This document shows positions 38,813-49,147 of a DNA stretch of 64,000 nucleotides, one piece after another. The stretch is from Candidatus Nanohaloarchaea archaeon (GTDB taxonomy: Archaea > Nanohalarchaeota > Nanosalinia > Nanosalinales > Nanosalinaceae): NCBI GenBank assembly GCA_041640035.1, contig JBEQBC010000003.1, forward strand, positions 1 through 64,000, written 5' to 3'. The notes beneath the pieces were generated by a model. It searched no databases, was not told the DNA's origin, and saw only the letters and a program-made list of their open reading frames with translations. The first letter of the stretch is position 1. Every line of letters starts with the position of its first letter. Made by a program: the position numbers and the translations under genes.

Positions 38813-40551
38813 AAAACAGGAAAGGACTAAGCTACTCGCTTGAAGTCATCATATCAGCACTGATAATAATCAGCTTCACCTACGGAATATTCCAGGTACC
38901 TCAAGGAAATGACTGGGGACAGTACCGCTCAAAGATCGAAGCCCAGGACCTGACACAGACAATGCATAAATCAGGTATCGCCACCAGTGTGATCAGCAGA
39001 GGTGAAACAGGCTCACTTCAAACAGCAATAACCACCGTATCGGATAGCGGAAAGGAGGTATCCGGAAGCGTCACCAATATTCCGATCGGAGATGTGGAAG
39101 TAGGGTATAACACGGTGGATTCCAAACAGTTTACACCTGCACTGGAGGAAGTATCCGCTGTAGGCGGTACTTGTGACGGTGATCTCCAAGACGATATCGA
39201 TACAGAGCAACCTATCCTCCGGACCGAAAACCTGGGTGTAGGAGGAGATAACTATGATGTGAGGCTTTACATAGCTGATACAGAGTCCCAGTTCGATGAA
39301 TCGGTAGATTACAACACTATCTGGGTCGATAACGGCACACAGTGCCAGTTCGAGGCAGATGAAGGACCATACTACCTTGAAGACAACTTCAAATGGGGAG
39401 ATAGCAACAAAACGGGGTATCCACGAGATTACTTCCAGGTGAAAGATATTACAGCAGGTGAACTAACCCTTTACCAGTCAACTCTTCCGACACAGATCCA
39501 CAAACAGATGAGCGAACCTCTTAATTCTCTCAGACCGGAAGTAGAAATCGATGTAATAGATATCAGGGATGAGGAAATGAATCAGGATCTCTTTGTATTC
39601 AGGAACTCAGACGCCCTGAATATAATCGACGGAGGTGAGAGAGGAGATCTAGAGGAGTATATGCGCGACAATCCGGTTGTCATGATGATGGATATGTCAG
39701 AAAGCCAGTTCGATAGCTCAAACTTCATGGATGACACGGGGCTGCACTGGATAGATATAGGTTTCAACGGAGGTTACTCCGGTGGACCAACTGATATATC
39801 TTTCAGTAACTCCGACAGATCCCGGAACATAGAGACACTTCTCGAAGGAATGGAAGGTGACCGATCAAACATACAGCTACCGCCAGCAGGACCAATAACC
39901 TCAAACACCTCAGGCACAATCACCGATCAAAACCCTGCTGTGGAAGGTGCAGCACTTCTCAACACAGATCTCTGGAGCGATCAGGTAAACGGAATGTCCA
40001 GTGTAAGTGCTGCAGGTGATCCCCAGCCTAACTGCGGTAATAGATACGAAGGTAATGTTAATCTACCAAGCGGAAACTACGATATAATAAATACGGAAGT
40101 CGGAGCTGCTGGAAGCTGTCCAACTGATGCCTGGGCAGTCAACATCGACCTCCCGGATGTATCCTCTCCGGGGCTCGGACCTTACCTTCAGGGAGAGAGA
40201 ACAACAATCGATAGAAGACAGTACACTATCATTACAAACTCTGGGGATGCGAGCTGCGATCTTGGGGAATGTGTAGAGTTAAGGTTCTCCGGTAATTCAA
40301 ATGTGGAAGTCGTAAATTATCGTGAAAGCTTTGAGGGCTTTGATGGTGATAGACTGGCTTTAACAGGTAAGAAATCCAGTTACAATGAGGACGAGCTGGA
40401 ACTGCTTGGGTCTCTCATGTTCAGTATGTACGACTCAGAGGTCGTCTTCGAAGGAAGAGATGATCCAACATCGATCTCAACAAATGTGATCGCAAGCGTT
40501 GATAACACTACCTACATGCCTTACCAATTGAGACTGAGGTGGAGTCAGTGA
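38806..40551 (+). CDS. Large pilin-like or adhesin protein, 581 aa
   Basis: RKG|LSYSLEVIIS class III-like signal; several Cys pairs; beta-rich body. Confidence 0.72.
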   Translation: MVKNRKGLSYSLEVIISALIIISFTYGIFQVPQGNDWGQYRSKIEAQDLTQTMHKSGIATSVISRGETGSLQTAITTVSDSGKEVSGSVTNIPIGDVEVGYNTVDSKQFTPALEEVSAVGGTCDGDLQDDIDTEQPILRTENLGVGGDNYDVRLYIADTESQFDESVDYNTIWVDNGTQCQFEADEGPYYLEDNFKWGDSNKTGYPRDYFQVKDITAGELTLYQSTLPTQIHKQMSEPLNSLRPEVEIDVIDIRDEEMNQDLFVFRNSDALNIIDGGERGDLEEYMRDNPVVMMMDMSESQFDSSNFMDDTGLHWIDIGFNGGYSGGPTDISFSNSDRSRNIETLLEGMEGDRSNIQLPPAGPITSNTSGTITDQNPAVEGAALLNTDLWSDQVNGMSSVSAAGDPQPNCGNRYEGNVNLPSGNYDIINTEVGAAGSCPTDAWAVNIDLPDVSSPGLGPYLQGERTTIDRRQYTIITNSGDASCDLGECVELRFSGNSNVEVVNYRESFEGFDGDRLALTGKKSSYNEDELELLGSLMFSMYDSEVVFEGRDDPTSISTNVIASVDNTTYMPYQLRLRWSQ

Positions 40552-41423
40552 AGAGTAAAGGACAGTTTATGGCCTTAACATCAGTACTTGTATCTGTTAT
40601 AGTTCTTTCCATGACAGGAGCTATAACCCAGTTCCAGAACCAGAACTACCAGCTAGATGATACCGCACACATAATTGATACTGTGAAGGAGGAAGCCGGG
40701 AAAGTAGATGTCAACAAAGTAGATGAAAGGGAAAGCTTCAGAGAATTCATCGAATCGATACCGAACTACCGCTCAACCACTGAATACGATGCCACAAATG
40801 AATGCTTCGATGTAACCATGGAGAGAACCGGTGACCAGATCACGCTTGAATGCATAGGGGGTAACAGCGCCACTACAGAAGAAGTAAGACTGATTTCAAT
40901 AGGACTGAACGCACGACAGGGTGATGAGGGAGGTAGTGGTACAGGAACCGCTCCAATACCACCGGGAGAAACAGAAAACGACTACGGAGGGGTTTACGAT
41001 GCAGAAAACGGCAGGAAACTACACGATGGATCAAGATCCTACGCCGTATCTGTTTATGACCTAGATACTAACAGCTTCCAGTACCACAGAAACTACGATG
41101 TATATGGCGAAACAGATGAAGCAGATAGGATGGCCCAGGATATCGAGGACCTTGGAAACGACAGATCCAAGATAGTAATGATCACGACACAAGATGAACC
41201 ACAGAACAACAGGTTCCACGGAGATTTACCTGATGAAATGTATGATTTAGGAGCTTCAGAAGATGTATGGGGTGCTGGCACAGGTCAGTTCGTATACAGA
41301 AGTGCGTATGTACTGGTTGGAAGGCCGGGACTGGGAGAAGGAAACGCCTATCTAGAGGAGTACAAAGGTGAAGAAGACCGGCATGAAGATTCCTGGGTTG
41401 ATGTAACCTTTGAATTAAGCTGA
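40548..41423 (+). CDS. Pilin-like protein with a C-terminal ILEI/GG-type lectin-like domain
   Basis: KSKG|QFMAL signal (GTG start at 40548); RSYAVSVYD..YDVY..IVMITTQDE..LGA..YRSAYVLVG..G. Confidence 0.72.
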   Translation: MKSKGQFMALTSVLVSVIVLSMTGAITQFQNQNYQLDDTAHIIDTVKEEAGKVDVNKVDERESFREFIESIPNYRSTTEYDATNECFDVTMERTGDQITLECIGGNSATTEEVRLISIGLNARQGDEGGSGTGTAPIPPGETENDYGGVYDAENGRKLHDGSRSYAVSVYDLDTNSFQYHRNYDVYGETDEADRMAQDIEDLGNDRSKIVMITTQDEPQNNRFHGDLPDEMYDLGASEDVWGAGTGQFVYRSAYVLVGRPGLGEGNAYLEEYKGEEDRHEDSWVDVTFELS

Positions 41424-42605
41424 AAACTTCTTGATGAAGTCAACTTCCTTGTCATCGAAATCAAAGTCTTCAGAAATTTCAGGATTATCTTCAAGCACTT
41501 CAGCAAGGAACGGAAGCGATCTTTTTGCTTCCCTCTTTGATATATGCATTTTTTCGGATAGTTTGCCTGCTATACTGTCCATCCTGTTTCTTGCCGCGTG
41601 TGTCTGACCCATTCTCTTGATCTTTCCAGGATACTGATACTTCGTCCATCCCTTGTACTTCTCATCCTTGGATAACGCTACACCTACACTTGAGAAAAAG
41701 TAGACATACTTCAACAGTTTCCAGTGCTGTCTAATTCTGATCCTTCCGTTGAACAGATCGGCGTTGGACAACTGATCATATGCCTCAGCTACATCCTCCG
41801 GTTTCTTGTACTCCCTTGGAATATTCTCTCTGATCCACTGAAGGAATGTGTCCGCATCTTCGTCTAGATTCTCAGTTGCCTGCTTTGCGTTCTGAGGGTT
41901 TGTGGTCTTGAAGATGACTTTCAGAGAATCAAAGATCTCCTGCCGGTTATCACGCTGACTGATCGCATCCAAATCCTCAACCTCGAGCTTGTCTTTACCT
42001 AGGGCTACTGCTTCCAGATCGTTAATCGCTGAACGCATCTGACCTCCGCTCCCACGGGCAATACGCTTGACAGCGCTTTTATCATACTCTATACCTTCAT
42101 TCTCAAGTATCCGCTTCAGATGAGCTGTGATAGAGTTTGTATGAACGGAGCCCAGTTCGATAAGTTTCGCTTTGTTTCTTATACTCTGTATGTTGCTGGA
42201 ATAGGCGTCGTTGGCGGTGAGAACTACGGGAAAACGGGATTCTTTGATTATGTTGAGTAGTTCGCTGGTTCCGCCTCTGTCGGCTCTTCCCATGCCGTCA
42301 ACTTCGTCGATAAGTATAATTTTCTGTTTACCGAGGAAACTTGCCTGTCTAGTGGCTTCTTTCAGTTCGGATTTCAGTTTTTTCTTTGTCCTTACATCTG
42401 AGGCGTTGGTTTCGACTAGTTCACGGTCGTAGTCTTTGGCTAGTGCTTCCGCCATCGATGTTTTTCCTGTTCCGGCCTGTCCGTGTAGAAGTACTGGTTT
42501 GCCGCCTTTTTCCCAGTTTTCCAGCCATTTCTGTATCTCTTCTTTTTCGCTTGATGCGCCTCTGTAGTCTTCCAGGCTTTCCGGACGGTATTGTTCTACC
42601 CACAT
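41415..42605 (-). CDS. rfcL: Replication factor C large subunit
   Basis: WVEQYRP, GQAGTGKT, NASD.R, IDEVDG, RSAINDL, WIRENIP. Confidence 0.94.
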   Translation of the reverse strand: MWVEQYRPESLEDYRGASSEKEEIQKWLENWEKGGKPVLLHGQAGTGKTSMAEALAKDYDRELVETNASDVRTKKKLKSELKEATRQASFLGKQKIILIDEVDGMGRADRGGTSELLNIIKESRFPVVLTANDAYSSNIQSIRNKAKLIELGSVHTNSITAHLKRILENEGIEYDKSAVKRIARGSGGQMRSAINDLEAVALGKDKLEVEDLDAISQRDNRQEIFDSLKVIFKTTNPQNAKQATENLDEDADTFLQWIRENIPREYKKPEDVAEAYDQLSNADLFNGRIRIRQHWKLLKYVYFFSSVGVALSKDEKYKGWTKYQYPGKIKRMGQTHAARNRMDSIAGKLSEKMHISKREAKRSLPFLAEVLEDNPEISEDFDFDDKEVDFIKKFSA

Positions 42606-42611
42606 GGTACT

Positions 42612-43562
42612 TTATTTCTGACCTATTTCTGCTAGTTTTGCAAGCATTGCTTCGATCTGGATGTCGCTGCTTCCTCCTTCGCTTATCCGGAATTCGTATT
42701 CTCCGAGCTGTTCGACTACTTCGAGTTTTTGCTGGTCGTCCAGGTCGAGGTCAAGAATTTCTCTGTGGATGGAGTCTATTATGTCGGTTCCATCGAGCCC
42801 TCTGTCAACCATCAGGTCGGTGAGCATCTCTCTCGCGTCCATGAAGCTGCCTTCAAACGCAAGGTCGAGTACTTCACGGATTTCATCCGGTCGAAGGCTG
42901 GCTGCAACGCCGTAAACATCTTCTTCCTCGATTTCGCTGTTCTGGATTGCCGCGGTCTGAAGGATGTTCGTAACTCTTCTCATATCTCCGCTGGAAACAC
43001 GCATAACGGCTTCAACAGCTTCCTCGGAGATCTTGAAGTCTTCTTTCTCTCCCAGTTTCTGAATGTACTCTGTTACATCTTCCTCTTCCAATCGGTTGAA
43101 TCTGAATACTGCGCACCGTGACTGAATCGGGTCGATGATCTTCGATGAGTAGTTGCATGAGAGGATGAACCGGCAGTTATCTGAGAACTGCTCCATAGTC
43201 CTCCTCAAGGCCTGCTGTGCATCACTTGTTAAGGAGTCGGCCTCGTCCAGGAAGATTATCTTGTAGTCTGCGTTGACAGGTTTAGTCCGGGCGAAGTCCT
43301 TGATCTTTTCTCTTACTACATCGATCCCTCGCTCATCTGAGGCGTTGGTTTCCATGAAGTTCTGCTTCCACTCATCTCCGTACAAGTCTTTGGCTAGAGC
43401 TACTGCGGAAGTTGTCTTCCCTGTTCCTGCAGGACCAGCATACAGCATGTGAGGGATAGAATCCTCCTCCACGAACGCCTGCAGTCTTTCAATTATTTTG
43501 TCCTGTCCTATTACATCGTCAAGTGTTTCCGGCCGGTATTTTTCAGTCCATATATCAATCAT
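42612..43562 (-). CDS. rfcS: Replication factor C small subunit (no intein)
   Basis: WTEKYRP, GPAGTGKT, NASDERG, DEAD, QQALRRTME, QSRC; start placed at MIDIW. Confidence 0.96.
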   Translation of the reverse strand: MIDIWTEKYRPETLDDVIGQDKIIERLQAFVEEDSIPHMLYAGPAGTGKTTSAVALAKDLYGDEWKQNFMETNASDERGIDVVREKIKDFARTKPVNADYKIIFLDEADSLTSDAQQALRRTMEQFSDNCRFILSCNYSSKIIDPIQSRCAVFRFNRLEEEDVTEYIQKLGEKEDFKISEEAVEAVMRVSSGDMRRVTNILQTAAIQNSEIEEEDVYGVAASLRPDEIREVLDLAFEGSFMDAREMLTDLMVDRGLDGTDIIDSIHREILDLDLDDQQKLEVVEQLGEYEFRISEGGSSDIQIEAMLAKLAEIGQK

Positions 43563-43703
43563 AAATCTGGGTTCAATCCTCCTCAAAAAACAGAAAAACT
43601 TTCCTGTTCTTTGAGCCAAAAACCTTTCATATCAGGTTCCTGACTCTTTGAATACTGATACCTGTTCTATTCTTTTATGCCTTCACACCGCAACAGGATA
43701 ACC

Positions 43704-44213
43704 ATGAAGATAGCCATAACAGGTACGCCAGGAACCGGAAAAACCACGGTCACAGACCATCTAAATACAGATTACCAGATAGTGCATCTAACAGAGTACA
43801 TTAAAGAGAACAATCTGGGCGAGCCTGTTGAAGGCGTAACCGAAGTCGATACCGAAGAACTCAAAGCAAAAATAGCCGAGGAATTTGAATCAGATGATAT
43901 CATCTTCGAAGGCCATCTCGCACACCACCTCGATGTCGACTACTGTATAGTTCTAAGATGCAAGCCGGAGATTCTTGAGGAAAGACTTTCCGGAAGAGAT
44001 TACTCTGATGAGAAAGTTAGAGAGAACATGGAGGCTGAAGCCCTTGATGTCATCCTTTCTGAATCAGTTCAACTGCATGAAAATGTTCTGGAGATTGATA
44101 CAACCGGTAAAACAGTTGATGAAGTAGTTATAGAGTTTGAAGAAGGTATTGAGAATAAGAAAACAGGTTATGGTGAAGTGGATTGGTCTGAAAGTTTTCA
44201 GGCGTTGTTCTGA
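43704..44213 (+). CDS. Adenylate kinase AK6/Fap7 family
   Basis: ITGTPGTGKTT, EGHLAH, RDYS..KVRENMEAE. Confidence 0.9.
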   Translation: MKIAITGTPGTGKTTVTDHLNTDYQIVHLTEYIKENNLGEPVEGVTEVDTEELKAKIAEEFESDDIIFEGHLAHHLDVDYCIVLRCKPEILEERLSGRDYSDEKVRENMEAEALDVILSESVQLHENVLEIDTTGKTVDEVVIEFEEGIENKKTGYGEVDWSESFQALF

Positions 44214-44509
44214 ATCCACTCTGTAAGCTTATCTTTCTTCATAGCGCCGGAAGCTCTTGCAACTTCTTCCCCGTTCTGGATCATGAGTAATGTCGGTAGA
44301 GCTCTTACTCCATATTTTCCACCGGCTTCATCATGTTCTTCCATGTCCAGTTTTGCGAAGTTGATATCGTCGAACTCCTCTGAGACCTCCTCAAATACAG
44401 GTGCTAGTACCTTGCATGGCTGGCACCAGTCTGCCCAGAAATCTACGATCCAGGTTTCATCTGACTCAAAAGCCTCGTCAAGTTCTTCCGCTGTAAGTTC
44501 TTGTACCAT
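44198..44509 (-). CDS. trxA: Thioredoxin
   Basis: DFWADWCQPCK, VRALPT. Confidence 0.92.
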   Translation of the reverse strand: MVQELTAEELDEAFESDETWIVDFWADWCQPCKVLAPVFEEVSEEFDDINFAKLDMEEHDEAGGKYGVRALPTLLMIQNGEEVARASGAMKKDKLTEWIQNNA

Positions 44510-44612
44510 ACACCAAAGACGGAAAACTGAGACTTAATTAACTTGCCATAACCCGGAGGTTACCAGCAAAATTAGATGTAAATATGAAAGAAGGAAGAGA
44601 AGTTTGGAGGAT

Positions 44613-45422
44613 TTATTCCTCCATGTAGACTGTACGGATCGGATAAGGGATATCGATTCCTTCCTCGTCGTACCTGTCCTTGATCAGATGTGTTAGCTCG
44701 GATGAGGCCTTCACGATATTGGACTTATGTGTGTCTGTCCAGCCTCTCAGCTTCAGGTTCACGGATGAACCTCCAAGTTCGTTTACCAGTACCTGTGGCT
44801 CTGGATCAGCTTCAACATGATCTGCATCTTCAAGAGCATTCTCAGCTATTTCTTTCGCAGTCTTGATGTCGTCATCGTAACCTACACCGACGATAACCTC
44901 GAATCTTCTGCTGCCGTACGCCGTGTTGTTCACGATTACATCGTTGTACAGCTTGGAGTTAGGTATAATCACTTTTCTACCGTCGTAGGTTCTGATGTCA
45001 GTGGCTCTGATCCGGATGTCCTGAACTGTTCCTTCCTCGCCTCCAGCTTCGATCTGATCACCGATCTTGAAAGGCCGACTGATCAGGATCATCACTCCGG
45101 AGATGAAGTTCGCGATCATATCCTGCATCGCGAAGGACAGACCCAGGCCAAGCAGTCCGACAAGGGTGGCCAGCGAACCAAGCGGGACATTATATACGCC
45201 GAGCAAGGCTATCAGGGTCAGTCCGTATACCAGGAAGGATGAGAGCTTCGAGGCTGTCTTGTAGACATGTTCGTCTACCTCGGTTCCTACGCTTCTCTTT
45301 ATCACTCTTTTAACCAGTTTATTTCCTATGTAACCTGCTAGTATTATCGCTAAGGTAAGTGCAATAGTTTTTGGAGCTATATATTCTGTGATTAGAGAGG
45401 TTATCTGCGTAATACTTGTCAT
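44613..45422 (-). CDS. mscS: MscS mechanosensitive channel
   Basis: LSFAMQD..NFISG, RPFKIGD, IPNS, GIDIPYP. Confidence 0.92.
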   Translation of the reverse strand: MTSITQITSLITEYIAPKTIALTLAIILAGYIGNKLVKRVIKRSVGTEVDEHVYKTASKLSSFLVYGLTLIALLGVYNVPLGSLATLVGLLGLGLSFAMQDMIANFISGVMILISRPFKIGDQIEAGGEEGTVQDIRIRATDIRTYDGRKVIIPNSKLYNDVIVNNTAYGSRRFEVIVGVGYDDDIKTAKEIAENALEDADHVEADPEPQVLVNELGGSSVNLKLRGWTDTHKSNIVKASSELTHLIKDRYDEEGIDIPYPIRTVYMEE

Positions 45423-45529
45423 AATTCGGGTTCGCCCGTACCTCAATTCAACTCTTGGAGTGTTATAAACCTTCAACAGCCAAGAGGTCACTCGATTTAA
45501 AAATCAGGTCAACAAACTCTACTTATTCC

Positions 45530-46381
45530 ATGGATTCAGTCGAGAAATATGTAGAATATGCCGGAGTATTCGCCTTATCACTACTCGCAGTATCAGCAGC
45601 CTACATGGTAGAACCCACACAGCCAGCTACTTTCAGCCTACTACTAACATTCCCACTTCTATACGCGTTCGTGGCCAGCATCTCGACAGAAGAATTCAAC
45701 AAAGCATCACTCATATCACTACTTTCACTCGTCCTCGCACCAGTAGACCTGTTCATGGCAGCATCAGCAGCATTCATATCATTCACATCAATCACAGTAT
45801 CATTTTTCTCCGGAGGAAACAGATTCAGGGACTTCTACAGCTCCACAGCCCTACCACTACTACTCACAGGTCTCTTACTGAGCTCAGGAATATACGCAGT
45901 ATCCACAATAAACCAGGAGTTCGGATCAACCGTAACAAATACTACAGCATCCTTCCTAGGTGGCTCAACCCAGCAAGTGGTCGAGACCACAGGAATAATC
46001 AGCATGCAGCAGGAACAACAGGCAAGAATAGTCGAATCAACAAGCAGAAGCACAGTAACACTTACACAAACAAAAGTCTTGAACGAGACAAAGGGAGAGT
46101 TCTCACAGTCACAGCTCCAGACTCTGAACCAGGCATTCGTAAACGCTCAGCAGGATATACCGCAGCAGCTTTCATCCAATATCGAGGATCAAGACCTGAA
46201 CATCGATATAGAGAAACAGGTCGAACAAATAGTAAGTCAAACCTTCACAGGCAAACTTCTCATACTTCTGATCCCGTTAATCACTCTGGCAGCATTCTCG
46301 CTTCAGCCACTGATCGGGCTTGTAACAGCCTTTATGGCTGTGATAATCACTCGTTTGATGGACGCCTGGAAAGAGGGTTAA
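45530..46381 (+). CDS. Hypothetical multi-pass membrane protein with a Q-rich extracytoplasmic helical region
   Basis: About 5 N-terminal and 1-2 C-terminal TM segments; start placed at MDSVEK. Confidence 0.7.
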   Translation: MDSVEKYVEYAGVFALSLLAVSAAYMVEPTQPATFSLLLTFPLLYAFVASISTEEFNKASLISLLSLVLAPVDLFMAASAAFISFTSITVSFFSGGNRFRDFYSSTALPLLLTGLLLSSGIYAVSTINQEFGSTVTNTTASFLGGSTQQVVETTGIISMQQEQQARIVESTSRSTVTLTQTKVLNETKGEFSQSQLQTLNQAFVNAQQDIPQQLSSNIEDQDLNIDIEKQVEQIVSQTFTGKLLILLIPLITLAAFSLQPLIGLVTAFMAVIITRLMDAWKEG

Positions 46382-46419
46382 CATAGCTTGTTAAATCTTG
46401 GCAACTAGGTGATAATCAA

Positions 46420-49110
46420 ATGCCAGAAATCGCGTTCCACAGTGAAGAACAGGCCTCTGATGAACTACCAGAAGACTTCCAACCATATGTAAAGGACTGG
46501 TTCAACTCCAAATTTGAGTCACTGAGCCCACCACAGAGACACTCTTTCCAACTCATACATAATGAGGAAAACTCTCTGATCTGTGCGCCAACAGGCTCAG
46601 GTAAAACACTGTCCGCATTTCTATCAGGACTAAACGAACTCTTCCGACTAGGAGAAGAAGACGAACTGGAAGACCAGATCTACATGGTCTATGTATCACC
46701 ACTAAGAGCACTAAACAACGATATCAAAAGAAACCTGGAAGAACCACTTACAGAGATCAAAGAGAAGGCGGAAGAACAGGGATACGATGTACCGGAGGTA
46801 AGAAGCGCGGTCCGAACCGGAGATACAACAGATAAAGAGAAATCAGAAATGCTTGAAAACCCGCCACACATACTAATAACAACTCCAGAAACACTGGGAA
46901 TTCTTCTCAACTCGCCAAAGTTCCAGAACCACCTCAAAAATGTAGAGTACACAATCGTGGACGAAATCCATAGCCTATCCGAGAACAAACGCGGGGTACA
47001 TCTATCATTATCACTTGAAAGATTGGAAGAGATGGCTAACACCTCGCCGACCCGTATAGGCCTTTCAGCTACACAGGCGCCAATCAAAGAGATAGCCAAA
47101 TACCTCGTGGGCTTCCAGCCAGAAAACAGAGAAAGCTACATGAAGGAAACAGAGTACGATGAAATCTCGGCTGATGAAAAGATGCTGGAGGCAGATGAAT
47201 TCGATACCAGAGGATGCCAGATTGTTGATGTAGCAGCGTCCAAAGAGATTGATCTAGAAACAGTCTCGCCGGTTAGAGATCTGATACATACTGACCCGGG
47301 TGAGATCAGAGAGGCCATGTATGACAAGATACATAACCTGGTTGAGGAACATGAATCCACGATTATATTCACTAATACTAGAAGCGCAACTGAAAGAGTG
47401 GTGAACAATCTGAAGGAGCGGTTCCCGGATTATTACGACGATAATATTGGAGCGCATCACTCATCGATGAGCCGTGAAAAAAGACTTACAGTAGAAGAAC
47501 GGCTCAAGAAAGGCGAACTAGAAGTAGGAGTCACATCAACCTCACTGGAACTAGGAGTCGACATCGGAACAGTCGACCTAGTGCTTCAGATTGGTTCTCC
47601 TAAAGGAGTGGCCAGAGGTATCCAGAGAATCGGTCGCTCAGGACATAAAATTGGGGAAAAAGCTAAAGGAAAAATGATAGTAACCGACAGAGACGAAGCA
47701 GTCGAATGCTCAGTTCTGACAAAATGTGCAAAGGAAGACGAACTCGACAAGATACAAATACCAAGAAACGCATTAGATGTACTAGCACAGCATGTAGTCG
47801 GAATGGCATGTAACCATCGCTGGGACTTCAAAAGAGCTTTCAACACGGTAAAGCAGAGCTATTGCTATCTGAACCTTAGTGAAGAGGACTGGGATAATGT
47901 CCTGAAATACCTGTCCGGAGAATACGAGCTTGAGGATCAGAATGTCTACAGCAAGATATGGATCAACAGAGAGAAAGAACTCTTCGGCCGCTCAGGAAAG
48001 ATGACCCGTGTAATCTACATGACCAACATAGGGACAATACCTGATGAATCCGGATACGAGGTGAAGACCCGTGGAGAAGGTGAGTATGTCGGAACACTGG
48101 ACGAGGAGTTCCTGGACCGGCTGACCAAAGGCGATATCTTCACTTTGGGCGGCTCCACATACCAGTTCTCATATGCCAAAGGAATGAAAGTGTTTGTTGA
48201 TCCGAAGCCTCAGAAGAAGCCGACAGTACCTTCCTGGTACTCGGAAAGACTACCTCTAAGCTACGACCTAGGTATGAGGATGAGTGATTTCCGGGAAAGC
48301 ATAGCTGAACAACTTGAGTACGGTGCTGGAGACGACGATATCATCCAGTGGATAATGCATAACTACTACCTGGATGAGAACACGGCTAACTCCATCTTCC
48401 AGTATGTGAAAGAGCAGTACAGATTCACGGACAAGGTTTCAAACAACGAGGATATAGTGGTCGAGAAGTATATCGATGATGATAACCGTCAGAACCTGAT
48501 CTTCCAGACAACCTACGGCAGAAGAACGCATGACGCTCTTGCCCGTATAATGGCCAATATCCTCCAGGATAAGCTGAATACTAATATCGGTATGGTTATC
48601 GATGACAACGGCTTCATACTATTGACTCCACGCAGACCTATCGACCTGGAATGGCTTATCGACAGTCTTGAGAACTGTAATCCTGAGGAAGAGCTGAGGG
48701 ATGCTGTTTCGAAGACTGAGTTGATGAAGAGGCGTTTCAGGCATGTAGCCGGTAGAAGCCTGATGATCCTACGGAACTATCAGGGGGAGTCCAAGACTGT
48801 GGGCCAGCAGCAGATGAAAGGTCATTTCCTGCTTTCAACCGTCCGCAACCGGTATGATGAAGATTTCCCGATGATAAAGGAGACTTACCGGGAGATCATG
48901 GAGGACGCGATGGATATCAAACATACACTGGAAGTGATTGAAGGATTAAGAGATGATGATATAACATATGAGATGCGGGATACTGATATACCGTCTCCTT
49001 TCAGCCACAACCTGCTTCTGCAGAACAGCACCGATGTGGTGAAGATGGAGGACCGGAAACAACGGTTGGAGGAACTGCATGAGAAAGTGATGGAGAGGAT
49101 AGAAGATTAA
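46420..49110 (+). CDS. lhr: Lhr-family ATP-dependent helicase
   Basis: APTGSGKT, SPLRALNND, DEIH, GLSAT, SLELGVD, QRIGRSGH, C-terminal PSPF. Confidence 0.93.
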   Translation: MPEIAFHSEEQASDELPEDFQPYVKDWFNSKFESLSPPQRHSFQLIHNEENSLICAPTGSGKTLSAFLSGLNELFRLGEEDELEDQIYMVYVSPLRALNNDIKRNLEEPLTEIKEKAEEQGYDVPEVRSAVRTGDTTDKEKSEMLENPPHILITTPETLGILLNSPKFQNHLKNVEYTIVDEIHSLSENKRGVHLSLSLERLEEMANTSPTRIGLSATQAPIKEIAKYLVGFQPENRESYMKETEYDEISADEKMLEADEFDTRGCQIVDVAASKEIDLETVSPVRDLIHTDPGEIREAMYDKIHNLVEEHESTIIFTNTRSATERVVNNLKERFPDYYDDNIGAHHSSMSREKRLTVEERLKKGELEVGVTSTSLELGVDIGTVDLVLQIGSPKGVARGIQRIGRSGHKIGEKAKGKMIVTDRDEAVECSVLTKCAKEDELDKIQIPRNALDVLAQHVVGMACNHRWDFKRAFNTVKQSYCYLNLSEEDWDNVLKYLSGEYELEDQNVYSKIWINREKELFGRSGKMTRVIYMTNIGTIPDESGYEVKTRGEGEYVGTLDEEFLDRLTKGDIFTLGGSTYQFSYAKGMKVFVDPKPQKKPTVPSWYSERLPLSYDLGMRMSDFRESIAEQLEYGAGDDDIIQWIMHNYYLDENTANSIFQYVKEQYRFTDKVSNNEDIVVEKYIDDDNRQNLIFQTTYGRRTHDALARIMANILQDKLNTNIGMVIDDNGFILLTPRRPIDLEWLIDSLENCNPEEELRDAVSKTELMKRRFRHVAGRSLMILRNYQGESKTVGQQQMKGHFLLSTVRNRYDEDFPMIKETYREIMEDAMDIKHTLEVIEGLRDDDITYEMRDTDIPSPFSHNLLLQNSTDVVKMEDRKQRLEELHEKVMERIED

Positions 49111-49147
49111 AGAAACTCCCTGACTCAAGTATTGTTAGAGGCAACTG

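Noticed and set aside
41415-49110. Inteins in RFC or Lhr
   Set aside because: Normal lengths and no intein splice-junction motifs
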